Below are positions 49,849 to 59,400 of a DNA stretch of 64,000 nucleotides, piece after piece. The position numbers and the translations under genes are program-made. Positions within the stretch are counted from its first letter, which is position 1. Each line of letters starts with the position of its first letter. The notes below the pieces were generated by a model. The model was not told the origin of the DNA. It did not search any database and saw only the letters and a program-made list of their open reading frames with translations. The stretch is from Longimicrobiales bacterium (GTDB taxonomy: Bacteria; Gemmatimonadota; Gemmatimonadetes; Longimicrobiales; Gaopeijiaceae), in contig OZ252251.1 of assembly GCA_965249725.1 (NCBI GenBank), positions 311,209-375,208 on the forward strand. The letters are read 5' to 3'.

Positions 49849-50927
49849 TTATCGCTCACCTCTCCGATCTGCATCTAGGCTATCGTGCCTACGCCCACGT
49901 GGAGCAGGGCCGGAATGTCCGGGAAACCGACGTGGCCCGCGCCTTTCACCAGGCGGTTGAGAGGGTGATAGGGCTGAAGCCCGCCGCGGTAGTGGTCGCG
50001 GGGGACGTGTTCGACCGGCCGGAGCCCCCCCACTCCGCGTTGGTGGCCCTGGCCCAGGGCCTGCAGGCACTCAGAGAGGCCCTGCCGGACACCCCGGTGC
50101 TCCTCGCTGCCGGCGCGAGGGATACTCCCCCCCCCGTGGCGGATCCGGGGCCACTGGCCACGTTCGACACGATGGCCGCGGTCGAGGCGGTGACCGGAAC
50201 GACGCGGTCGGTGTACTACTCCCAGTTGGGATTGAACGTGACGCTCGTTCCGCATCGGGCTACGCTGCAGGGGCCACCGCCACCAGTGGCTCCCAACCCC
50301 GATGCCCAGTGGAACGTGCTGGTGGGTTATGGGTCGGTCGATGGAGGGGACGAGTCCATGCTCGCACTGGATCCTTCGGACTGGGACTACGTGGCGCTCG
50401 GCTATGAACATCATCGCCGGCAGGTCGGTGGGCCCGTGCACTATGCGGGGTCCCTCGAGCGGGTTGGTCCCACGCCGTGGGAGGAGGCTGCCGAGGAGAA
50501 GGGCTTCCTGACGTGCGAACTGGACTCTGGGCGGGTGCGTTTCCACGCCATCCACGGTCGACCGGTGGTCTCCTTGGCCCCGATTCCCTTTGAGGAGCAT
50601 CGCCCGGAGCGACTCCGTGGGCGAGTGCAGGAGGTGCTGGACGAGGTTCCGGGTGGAATCGAAGAGAAGATCGTACGTATACGCATAGAGGGGCTTCCAC
50701 CGGATCGCTTGAACCTACTTCATGGGTTGTTGCCGGAATACCGACGCCGGGCCCTGCATTTGGAGGTCCAGCTCGATGATGTTCCGGGAGGGGAATCGGC
50801 CGAGGAGCGGCCTGCAGTGCGGTTGGCGTCGAGGCTCGCGGAGCGCCTTGCGGCGGAGGGCGACAGCCTCGAGGATCTAGTAAAGCTGGTGGAGGATTGT
50901 CTGCCGGCGGTGCGGCTAGGGAGATAG
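49845..50927 (+). CDS. Mre11/SbcD-like calcineurin-type phosphoesterase with degenerate motifs III-V
   Basis: MIIAHLSDLHLG (motif I) and VVAGDVFD (motif II) are canonical. The GNHD position reads GARD, motif IV reads VGYGSVDG, and GHxH reads GYEHH. Confidence 0.8.
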   Translation: MIIAHLSDLHLGYRAYAHVEQGRNVRETDVARAFHQAVERVIGLKPAAVVVAGDVFDRPEPPHSALVALAQGLQALREALPDTPVLLAAGARDTPPPVADPGPLATFDTMAAVEAVTGTTRSVYYSQLGLNVTLVPHRATLQGPPPPVAPNPDAQWNVLVGYGSVDGGDESMLALDPSDWDYVALGYEHHRRQVGGPVHYAGSLERVGPTPWEEAAEEKGFLTCELDSGRVRFHAIHGRPVVSLAPIPFEEHRPERLRGRVQEVLDEVPGGIEEKIVRIRIEGLPPDRLNLLHGLLPEYRRRALHLEVQLDDVPGGESAEERPAVRLASRLAERLAAEGDSLEDLVKLVEDCLPAVRLGR

Positions 50928-50931
50928 AAGG

Positions 50932-52350
50932 TTGAGCCACCTCGATATCGGCACATCGTCGTTCGATCAGGACCGACCCGCCTTCCGGTTGGGTCCCGGG
51001 TTGGCCGCGCTCATCGGTGGCGACGGACCCCGTCGCAGCGAGATTCTCGAGCGCTTCGCCGGCCCGCTGGTGAAGGGAGACGAACGGCTTGCGACGCTGG
51101 TCGCCGGGCACGGGCTGGCGGAGCCCGCACAGGCCTGGCGTCGCGCGGTGCGAGTGTTGGCGCAGTGGCTCGGGATGGAGGGCGTCGATAGAGAGATTTC
51201 GAATCTCGAGGGGGATGCTTCAGCCAGCTCGAGTCTTACCTCGATGGACTCCGGAGTGGAGAACCTCCGTGCCCGGGTCCAGGAACTTCGTCGGCTCCCG
51301 GAAGCCGTGCTGATGAAGGAGCGGGAGTTCCGCGAAATGAGGGCGGACAACGTCGAGGTGAGCGGCGACATGGAGGTCGCCAACATGGAGTGGCTCCGTG
51401 AGAGACAGGACGCGGAGACGCATCTTCTCGCTTATCGCGATCGGGCTCGCGAGCTGAAGGTTCGGCTTCAGCAGCTCGAGGTGGGGGGCCCCGAGAGCGA
51501 GTGCCCCACCTGTGATCGCCTGCTCGCGGAGCGGTACGAGTCGGTCCTGACGGTGCTGCGTGAGGAGTGGGAGTCGGTCGTTCAGGACGGCAGCTGGTGG
51601 AAGCGCCGGCGGGAGCAATTGGATTTCAAACCCTCTCATCTGCAGGATCTCGAGGGGAAAGCAATTCGACTCCAAGCCGCCATCGAAGAGTGTGCCGAAG
51701 AGGTCGAGCGTCTCCGCGCACGCCTACCGGAGCTGGCCGATGCCGAGGACACACTCGCCGCCGTCCGGGCGGCGGGAACGTCGAGGGATCGGCGTAAGTC
51801 CGCTCAGGGTGAGGATCAGGCCACCGCAGGCGTGGACGAAGAAATCGATCGGCGTCGCCGGGCGCTCAAGGCTCTGCGGGCGGAGCTGCTCTCCGACGCT
51901 CGAGACACGCTGGCCGCGCGAGCGGGTCGGTACCTCAATCGTCTGACGAGCGGGGGCGTGCTGGGTGTAGGCGTCACGGGCGACGGAGAGCCGACGGTGA
52001 TTCGGGACGAGGGAGAGAGACGGCTCCAGTCCGACGAGGAAGTGGCAGCCTACCTCTTTGCGCTCCGGATGGCGCTCATCCACCTCGGTGTCGCTCAGGG
52101 CATTCAGTTCGACGAGGTGCTGCTCGGAGATACGTTCGATCGACTCGAACCGGAGGCGAAGGTCCGGGCCGTCGGTCTGCTCAGGAGCATGCTCCCACAG
52201 GTCTCGAAGATCCTACTGTTCTGCCGAGGCGAGATCCTGGACACGATCCCCGAGTCGTTCGATTGGATCGTGGATCTGCGCGTGGACCGGGCGGGAGCCC
52301 CTCAAACGCGTGTCCGCAGCAGCGGGGTGGGGAAGCTACGCGTCCACTGA
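50932..52350 (+). CDS. Short Rad50/SbcC-like coiled-coil protein with CxxC zinc hook and degenerate ATPase motifs
   Basis: 472 aa, TTG start 4 nt after the upstream stop. Walker-A position GGDGPRRS, central ESECPTCDRL hook flanked by coiled-coil-like sequence, C-terminal RAGRYLNRLTSGG. Signature position LQSDEE, Walker-B position VLLGDTFDRLE. Confidence 0.6.
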   Translation: MSHLDIGTSSFDQDRPAFRLGPGLAALIGGDGPRRSEILERFAGPLVKGDERLATLVAGHGLAEPAQAWRRAVRVLAQWLGMEGVDREISNLEGDASASSSLTSMDSGVENLRARVQELRRLPEAVLMKEREFREMRADNVEVSGDMEVANMEWLRERQDAETHLLAYRDRARELKVRLQQLEVGGPESECPTCDRLLAERYESVLTVLREEWESVVQDGSWWKRRREQLDFKPSHLQDLEGKAIRLQAAIEECAEEVERLRARLPELADAEDTLAAVRAAGTSRDRRKSAQGEDQATAGVDEEIDRRRRALKALRAELLSDARDTLAARAGRYLNRLTSGGVLGVGVTGDGEPTVIRDEGERRLQSDEEVAAYLFALRMALIHLGVAQGIQFDEVLLGDTFDRLEPEAKVRAVGLLRSMLPQVSKILLFCRGEILDTIPESFDWIVDLRVDRAGAPQTRVRSSGVGKLRVH

Positions 52351-52827
52351 CCCACTCGGGTCTTCGTCGGACTCACCCCATCTTATTCGCGCCGCCGCCT
52401 CGAGAATGGCCGCTTCCACCTTATCGCGGTCCCGGTACTGCCCGATCGAAATCGTGGTGCGCCCCCGACGGGTGCGGCTGACGCGAATTCGGACATCGCC
52501 GCCAAGGTCCCCTGTCCGTATGAAGTCGTCCTTGGGGTCGTCACGGGACTGGTAGCGAAGGCCGGCGTCCAGTACGGCCGCCTTGTACCTCACCACGAGC
52601 TCTTCGCGCACCAAGTCACTGTGAAAGTGCGCACCCCTGTAGAAGGCGCCTGAGGTGGCATGGCTGAACGTGGCCTCGGGGGGGAGCGCCATTCTGAAGC
52701 CTGGCCAGCCCTCGTCCGCGAGGTCCGGGAACTCGGCGTACCGAATCCCGTCCGTCTCCGACTCTTGGATGGACTCACGGCCCGAACCCAGGATGCCGGC
52801 GGAGCGGGCCACGTCCTGCAAACCCAC
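52336..52827 (-). CDS. Hypothetical protein
   Basis: 163-aa ORF with a protein-like composition, no signal peptide, no motif recognised. Converges on and overlaps the Rad50-like gene end by 15 nt. Confidence 0.4.
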   Translation of the reverse strand: MGLQDVARSAGILGSGRESIQESETDGIRYAEFPDLADEGWPGFRMALPPEATFSHATSGAFYRGAHFHSDLVREELVVRYKAAVLDAGLRYQSRDDPKDDFIRTGDLGGDVRIRVSRTRRGRTTISIGQYRDRDKVEAAILEAAARIRWGESDEDPSGSVDA

Positions 52828-52939
52828 GTACCAGCGGTCGACGGTTTGAACGAGCCGCAGAATGATCTCCGCCTCGATACCATGGGACTGAGGCGGATCG
52901 GGCGCGACGCCTATTCCATCGGACGCGGTGTCTATGCGG

Positions 52940-53377
52940 TCAGATCCGTTGGTTGTCGGCCCGCCAGCTCTTCACGCGCTTCTTGACCTCGGCTCGGTCC
53001 GAGATGCCCTCGGCGATGATCGCGTTGAAGAGCTCGCCGACCTCACCGTCCGAGGCGAAGCGGAGGCCGATCAGCAACTCGGTCTCCATCCCGTGGATGG
53101 TATCTCGCTGATCCGACCCGAGAATGCGCTCGAGGCGGGCCCGTTCCTCGAGACGAATCACACGATCCTGCACACCAAGTGCGAAGACCCTGGCGAAGAA
53201 GAACGTGATCAGAATGCCAACAGCGAAGAGTAGAGACAGGAGTGCTCCGACCGAGAAGGCGGTCACGACGACATACAATGACCAAAGGGTGTAGACGGCG
53301 ATGAGCCCAAATGCCACGAAGTGGTACAGGGGCACCAACTTGGCGTGACTCTCGAAGCTTTGCGGGACGCTGCTCAC
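52940..53377 (-). CDS. Hypothetical two-TM membrane protein
   Basis: 145 aa. Two hydrophobic spans (LYHFVAFGLIAVYTLWSLYVVV; ALLSLLFAVGILITFFFARVF), then a soluble helical tail. Confidence 0.6.
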   Translation of the reverse strand: MSSVPQSFESHAKLVPLYHFVAFGLIAVYTLWSLYVVVTAFSVGALLSLLFAVGILITFFFARVFALGVQDRVIRLEERARLERILGSDQRDTIHGMETELLIGLRFASDGEVGELFNAIIAEGISDRAEVKKRVKSWRADNQRI

Positions 53378-53452
53378 AGGGTTCCTCCAGGCAGTGGGAT
53401 TCAGTTCTGGATGAGGATAGCCGACGAGGTCACGCCGCCGCCATCCCCCGCT

Positions 53453-55786
53453 CTACCTGGTCAGGGCCTGCCAAGCCAGCAACCGCTCCTCGTACGGCGC
53501 CGCCGAATCCGGGTCCTCACCCTGGAGCGCGCCCTGCACGAGTGCGGCGTACGCCCATGCGTAGTAGTGCGGTATGCCGATCGTCGAGCGGTCGGGCCAA
53601 TGCAGCCACCCGTCGGGGATCCCACCCCGGTGCATGAACACGTCGTCGACCAGCGTGCGGGTCCGCACCTCGTCGAGCCACGGACCGGTGACAGGGACGA
53701 GGCTGGGGTCCTGGATGAGCATATTGGTCGGGGTCAGGTCAGGAGGCCCTGGATTGAGCCGGAAGGCGAGTCCCTGCCTGACCAGATAGGGCGACAAACC
53801 CAGAGAACGCGCCGCGTTACCGCTCGAGGCGAAGTAGATGGGCCGGTCGTCGATACTGTTCTGGATGAGCGACAGCGCGAACTGCTGCCACGGGAAGACC
53901 ACCGTACCTCCGTCCAGCCTGGCGATCACCGGACCGAGGCGGAAGTCTCGGGCCTCATCCATCGCGAAGTACCCGGCCGGACTCGCCACCTGATCGATCA
54001 CGGAGTCCTCGAGGGCAAGGAGCGACTTCAGTGGCCTCGTCACCGGCTCGTCCATCAGGATCCCAATCTTGCTTTGCCTCTCGGCTTCGACACGATCGTG
54101 GGTATACATCGCCGACGTCGTGGCGGCGCTGTAGGGACGTTGGCACACGATGGTCGTCGGGTCCTGCTCGGGATCGACGTCGTCGGGGCAGGGACTGGTC
54201 AGGTCCCGAATCTGCTTGGTGTACCAGCCGGTGTTGAGATAAGACGTGACGATGACCGTGACGTCTCGGCGGATGCCCTCGGCCTCCTGCAGATACCAGA
54301 GGGGGAACGTGTCATTATCCCCGTTCGTGAAGAGCACCGCGTAGGGCTCGACGCTCATGAGGAGGTTGTATCCCCAGTCCCTGGCGGAGTAGTCGCCCTT
54401 ACGGCTCGCCCAGGACCAATTGAGCATCAGCGGGACGAGGGCCAACAGCAAAACAGGAGCTGCCCGCATCCAGTTTCCGTTCAGCCGCTCTGCGAACCGC
54501 TGCCAGAGAGCCGTGATTCCTAGTCCGGCCCAGAGCCCCCAAATCGAGAAGCCGGCGACGAAGAAGTAGTCGCGTTCCCGCACTTCATGGAACTCGAGCC
54601 CCGGCGTTGGCGACGCGAGCGAGTATCCGTACTTGAAGTTCAGGTAGAAGACCAAGCCCAGCGACAGGGTCGCGAACAGCACCAGGGCGTAGACCCCCGT
54701 GGCCGAGTCGCGTCGAAGGTGCTGGCTCGCTCCGTAGGCGCCCAACCCTGCGAACAGGAACGTGAAGGGGAGCCTGAGGAGTGGGAAGACCGTCTCCGGT
54801 CCCGCCACCCCTCGAGCCCACTGCCAGTCGAAGTACTGAAGGTAGTTGGCGTATTGAGATCCCAGGGACGCCAAGCGCGGGAAGAGCGCGGGCTTGTCGT
54901 ACTGCTGCCTCGAAAGCGACGCCGACAGTTCCGCACACCCCGCCTGCCCCCACGTGACGATGCTGGTCAGGGCGCTCCACACGCTCGGACAAGTCGGGTC
55001 TGCCTGGTTGATCACCGGGGCTAGGCCCGCGCGCAGTGGAAGGAAGAGATGAATGGAGAGGCCGAGGAACACCGCCACGGCTCCAACCGCGTACAACCGC
55101 CAGTTGAGCAGCGTCCGAGGTGATACCAGCAGGATGAACACGCCCAGAGCCGGAGCGGCCAGGAACGCCATCAGGTGGTTCCCCACCGAGAGCGCCAGGA
55201 TAAAGGCCATGAGCACCAGCAGGTTGTCGTCCCGACCCTTGCCCAGGTTCTCTCGCCAGTGGAAGGCGAGCCAGGTCAGCAAAGCGATGGTGAAGAGGGA
55301 GACCGTGTAGACCTTCTCGTTCACGTTGGACTGATTCCACACCGTGAAGGCCGTTGCGCTCACGAGCACTGCGGTTACGGCGCCGACCAAGCGGAAACGC
55401 CGATCACTGGAGAAGAATCCCAGCACGTGGTACACACAAAGAAACCAGAGGCCGTGGGCCAGACTCCCCATCAGGGCTGAGAAGAGGTTGATGCGGGTGG
55501 CTACCGACATCCCGAGGGGGGCCAGCAAGATGTCCCAGGTGCGCGCCAGCACAACGAACAGGGGATTCCCAGGCGGATGGGGAATCCCGAGGATGTGACC
55601 CGTGGCGATGTACTCGCTCGTGTCCCAGAACGCCGTGGTCGGAGCCAAGGTCAGCGTGTAGAGAAGGCCTACCGCTAACGCGACCACGCCCGCCCACTTG
55701 TAGGGCGGATCGACGGCATCGGGGCCGTTCGTCACCTTCTCGGCTGGGACGAGCCGAGGGGCGTTGTCGGTGTCAGAGGGACTCAT
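53453..55786 (-). CDS. DUF2723 (TMEM260-like) GT-C-fold glycosyltransferase family protein
   Basis: 777 aa. FWDTSEYIATGHILGIPHPPGNPLF family signature. About 11 N-terminal TM spans plus a large C-terminal soluble domain. Confidence 0.85.
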   Translation of the reverse strand: MSPSDTDNAPRLVPAEKVTNGPDAVDPPYKWAGVVALAVGLLYTLTLAPTTAFWDTSEYIATGHILGIPHPPGNPLFVVLARTWDILLAPLGMSVATRINLFSALMGSLAHGLWFLCVYHVLGFFSSDRRFRLVGAVTAVLVSATAFTVWNQSNVNEKVYTVSLFTIALLTWLAFHWRENLGKGRDDNLLVLMAFILALSVGNHLMAFLAAPALGVFILLVSPRTLLNWRLYAVGAVAVFLGLSIHLFLPLRAGLAPVINQADPTCPSVWSALTSIVTWGQAGCAELSASLSRQQYDKPALFPRLASLGSQYANYLQYFDWQWARGVAGPETVFPLLRLPFTFLFAGLGAYGASQHLRRDSATGVYALVLFATLSLGLVFYLNFKYGYSLASPTPGLEFHEVRERDYFFVAGFSIWGLWAGLGITALWQRFAERLNGNWMRAAPVLLLALVPLMLNWSWASRKGDYSARDWGYNLLMSVEPYAVLFTNGDNDTFPLWYLQEAEGIRRDVTVIVTSYLNTGWYTKQIRDLTSPCPDDVDPEQDPTTIVCQRPYSAATTSAMYTHDRVEAERQSKIGILMDEPVTRPLKSLLALEDSVIDQVASPAGYFAMDEARDFRLGPVIARLDGGTVVFPWQQFALSLIQNSIDDRPIYFASSGNAARSLGLSPYLVRQGLAFRLNPGPPDLTPTNMLIQDPSLVPVTGPWLDEVRTRTLVDDVFMHRGGIPDGWLHWPDRSTIGIPHYYAWAYAALVQGALQGEDPDSAAPYEERLLAWQALTR

Positions 55787-55863
55787 CTAGGGGCCTGTCG
55801 AGCATCGGTTCGAGCATCGGGTCGGAAGCGTATTGGCGGTTCCAAGATAGCACTGCGCCCGTC

Positions 55864-57852
55864 CTACTGTGCCGCCAGGTGGAGGTTCCCGTACTCGTCC
55901 AGGGTCAGTTGCCACCCCTCCGGCACCCACGTGGTAGAGCTGTACTCCAAGACCACGAGGGGTCCGTGAAGCTCGTGCCCAGGAGACAGCTCACCTCGCC
56001 AGATCCGCCCGGCCTCCACCCATTCTCCGTCCACGTGAACCCGCGTGGCGCCGGGGGTGGCGGCCTCGGTCGCGGGTTCGAAGCGCTCGAGCGCCAGCTC
56101 GGGTCCGGGTGCCGACGCGACGACGCGGAGCGTAACCGCCTCGGCCGGACTCCCGTCTCGACGGTAGCCGTACCTCTCCTCGTGCAGATCGTGGAACGCG
56201 GCGACCCAGTTCTCCCCGGGCACCCGGAGCTCGAAGCTCTGCCCTGCGTAACGGGCGTCGACCCACCGTCTCAGCGTGATCGTGGCCTCATCGACATCCT
56301 CCTGACGCATCGCTTGGAGCGCCTGGCTCTCCAACTCTACGTATTCCGCCTCGATCAGGGCTTCTCCCGAAGGCGTTTCCGTGGAGACCAGGACCGTCCG
56401 CGACGTCTCTCGGGTCACGTCGGCCGCCAGCATCCCATAGGCGGAAAGCAGGCCTGGCAGCGGTGGCACGATGGCGCGGGCGGCACCCAACGTCTGAGCG
56501 AGGCGTGCGGCGTGCAGTCCTCCCGCTCCGCCGAACGCAACGAGAGCGAAGTCCGCAGGGTCGTACCCCCGCTCCACAGAGATCACACGGAGAGCCCGCT
56601 CCATGGCCGAGTCGGCCACCGCGAGGATTCCCTCCGCTGCCTCTTCGAGGCTCGTGCCCAGATCCTGGGCCAAGGCAGCGAGGGCGGGCTCGACGCTGTC
56701 CCGATCGAGCGTGGCCTCACCCCCCAGGAATCCGTCGACGGGCAGTCGACCGAGCCAAACATGGGCGTCGGTGACCGTAACGCCGTCGCCTCCTTTCCCG
56801 TAGCAGATCGGCCCGGGCTCTGCACCGGCGGATTGCGGACCGACCCGGAGTGCCCCGCCTGGGTCGACTCGGGCCAGGGATCCGCCCCCGGCCCCCACCG
56901 TATGGATGTCGATCACCGGGATGGCCACCGGCTGGCCTGCGATCTCGAACTCTCTCGTGTGCAGAAGGCCGCCCGGACACAGGGACACGTCGGTCGAGGT
57001 GCCGCCCATGTCGAACGAGATGATCTGGTCGTATCCGGCCAGGCGTCCCCAGGCCATGGCTCCCACGACTCCACCGGCCGGGCCCGACAGCACCGTGTGG
57101 ATCGGCTCCCGTGATGCCCGGGCCACCGGCAGAGAGCCGCCGTTGGAACCCATGATGCTCACCCGATCCGCCCCGGCCTCTCGATGTAGCCGCTCCAGGT
57201 AGGCCGACATCCGAGGTGCCACGTAGGCGTTTACGACCGTTGTGGACGTTCGTTCGTACTCGCGGTACTCGGGAAGCAGCCTCACGGACACGGACAACGG
57301 TACGGTGAGGTCCGCCAGGGCGTCGGCGACACGCTCCTCATGGTCTGGCAGCGCGTAAGAGTGGAGGAGTACCACTGCGACCGACTCGGCATCGGTGAGG
57401 CGCTCGGCCAGGGTGTTCAGCTCGTCCTGGTCGAGGGGCTCCACCACCTGGCCCTCCGGTCCGACCCTGCCCCCGATGCCGATGCGGTCGTCTCGCTGGA
57501 CCAACGGGGCGGGGCGGTGGCCGACGAGGGCGTACAGCTGTGGGCGATTCTGTCGCCCGATCTCGATTACGTCCTCGAAGCCCGAGTTGGTGACGAGCAT
57601 GACCCGGGCACCGTCGCGCTCCAAAAGGGAATTGGTTGCCACCGTTGAGCCGTGTAGGAGCAGGTAGTCGGCTTGGTCACCGCCGAGCATGGTCCGTACC
57701 CCATCGAGAACCGCGTCGGCGGGGTCAGCAGGCGTAGAGGGCACCTTGAGTGATCGGAGGCGGCCGGCATCGAGGACCAGCACGTCGGTGAACGTGCCTC
57801 CCGTGTCGACCGCGATGATCAGCGGGATCTTTCCCTTCTCCGCTTCACTCAT
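55864..57852 (-). CDS. Hydantoinase/oxoprolinase family protein, A-type subunit
   Basis: 662 aa. IAVDTGGTFTDV N-terminal ASKHA-fold motif. Confidence 0.9.
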   Translation of the reverse strand: MSEAEKGKIPLIIAVDTGGTFTDVLVLDAGRLRSLKVPSTPADPADAVLDGVRTMLGGDQADYLLLHGSTVATNSLLERDGARVMLVTNSGFEDVIEIGRQNRPQLYALVGHRPAPLVQRDDRIGIGGRVGPEGQVVEPLDQDELNTLAERLTDAESVAVVLLHSYALPDHEERVADALADLTVPLSVSVRLLPEYREYERTSTTVVNAYVAPRMSAYLERLHREAGADRVSIMGSNGGSLPVARASREPIHTVLSGPAGGVVGAMAWGRLAGYDQIISFDMGGTSTDVSLCPGGLLHTREFEIAGQPVAIPVIDIHTVGAGGGSLARVDPGGALRVGPQSAGAEPGPICYGKGGDGVTVTDAHVWLGRLPVDGFLGGEATLDRDSVEPALAALAQDLGTSLEEAAEGILAVADSAMERALRVISVERGYDPADFALVAFGGAGGLHAARLAQTLGAARAIVPPLPGLLSAYGMLAADVTRETSRTVLVSTETPSGEALIEAEYVELESQALQAMRQEDVDEATITLRRWVDARYAGQSFELRVPGENWVAAFHDLHEERYGYRRDGSPAEAVTLRVVASAPGPELALERFEPATEAATPGATRVHVDGEWVEAGRIWRGELSPGHELHGPLVVLEYSSTTWVPEGWQLTLDEYGNLHLAAQ

Positions 57853-57894
57853 AAGTTCTCCAGGCCTCGACCCGGGGTCTTCCTCACGAGACGA

Positions 57895-59400
57895 ATGAAG
57901 TCCATGCAGCTCAAGCCCACCTTCGACGAATTCCGCTCAAAGGCAGATCGCTCCGGCGTCCTGCCCGTGTGGCGCGAGTTCCTGTTCGATGTAGACACCG
58001 CCGTTACCGCCTACGCTAAGGTCCGCCGTCCGCCCTTCGGTTTCTTGCTCGAGTCCGTCGTAGGAGGCGAACAGTGGGCCCGCTACACGTTCCTGGGCAG
58101 CGAGCCTGCTGAGGCATGGCGCCTGCAAGAAGGCCGAACTGAACTCTGGACCCGTCAAGATGGCTGGCAGCCCATCTCCACCGACGACCCACTGACCGAT
58201 CTCGACGAGCGACTCCGAGCCCGAGAACCGCTCGCCACTGGAGGCCTTCCCCGGCTGTGGGGAGGCGCCGTAGGGTACTTCGGGTACGACGTGGTGCGCC
58301 AGATCGAGCAGCTTCCCGACGGACCTCCGGACGATCTCCAGCTTCCGGACGGCCTCTTCGTCTTCATCGACGTCGTGCTAGCCATCGACAACCTCTTGGG
58401 GCGTGCCATGGCCATCGCCACCGTCGAGGTAGAGGAGGGTCTGAGCGAGGCGGAGCTCCGCAGACGTTACGACGAGGCTGCGGAGAAGACACAGACGCTG
58501 GTCGATCGGCTGAGCGAGGAGCCGTCCCCGCCACCCTTGGAGCTCGGCCCCGAGCCCGATGAGGATCCGGACTTCAAGAGCACCATGACGCGTGAGGATT
58601 TCGAGGCCTCCGTGGAGCGGATTCGCGAGTACATCATGGCCGGTGACGCCTTCCAGGTCGTTTTGAGCCAGCGCCTCGAGATGCAGCTGCCTGCGGGCCC
58701 CTTCGACCTCTATCGAGCCCTCCGGTCGCTGAATCCGTCCCCCTATCTCTACTTCCTCGAGTTGGATGGACTGTGCCTCGTGGGCAGTTCGCCCGAGGTG
58801 CTGGTGCGGGTCGAGGATGGGGTCGTCACGGTGAGGCCGATCGCAGGGACGAGGCCGAGGGGCGGGACCCCCGAGCAGGATCGTGCGTTCGCCAAGGACC
58901 TTGCGGAAGACGAGAAGGAGTTGGCGGAGCACCGCATGCTGGTCGATCTGGGACGCAATGATGTGGGCCGTGTCGCCGAGTACGGCTCCGTCGAAGTGCC
59001 CGACCTCATGGTGGTGGAGCGCTACTCACACGTCATGCACCTGGTCAGCCAGGTCGAGGGCAGGTTGCGGCCGGAGCTGTCGGCAATGGATGTGTTTCGG
59101 GCTTGCTTCCCGGCCGGGACGGTATCAGGAGCGCCCAAGGTGCGGGCCATGGAGATCATCGACGAACTCGAGCCGGTCAGGAGGGGCCCCTATGCCGGGG
59201 CCGTGGGTCACTTCAGCTGGGGCGGTGCCGCGATGGACACGGCCATCACGATCCGGACGGTCGTAGTAAAGGACGGCACGGCGTACGTCCAAGCGGGTGC
59301 CGGTATCGTGGCCGACTCCGACCCCGGTCTCGAGTATGACGAGACGCTCAACAAGGCCCGGGCGCTGCTGAAAGCCGGCGCCATGCTGCCTTCCCTCTAA
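57895..59400 (+). CDS. trpE: Anthranilate synthase component I
   Basis: 501 aa. LMVVERYSHVMHLVS, GAGIVADSDP. Confidence 0.95.
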   Translation: MKSMQLKPTFDEFRSKADRSGVLPVWREFLFDVDTAVTAYAKVRRPPFGFLLESVVGGEQWARYTFLGSEPAEAWRLQEGRTELWTRQDGWQPISTDDPLTDLDERLRAREPLATGGLPRLWGGAVGYFGYDVVRQIEQLPDGPPDDLQLPDGLFVFIDVVLAIDNLLGRAMAIATVEVEEGLSEAELRRRYDEAAEKTQTLVDRLSEEPSPPPLELGPEPDEDPDFKSTMTREDFEASVERIREYIMAGDAFQVVLSQRLEMQLPAGPFDLYRALRSLNPSPYLYFLELDGLCLVGSSPEVLVRVEDGVVTVRPIAGTRPRGGTPEQDRAFAKDLAEDEKELAEHRMLVDLGRNDVGRVAEYGSVEVPDLMVVERYSHVMHLVSQVEGRLRPELSAMDVFRACFPAGTVSGAPKVRAMEIIDELEPVRRGPYAGAVGHFSWGGAAMDTAITIRTVVVKDGTAYVQAGAGIVADSDPGLEYDETLNKARALLKAGAMLPSL

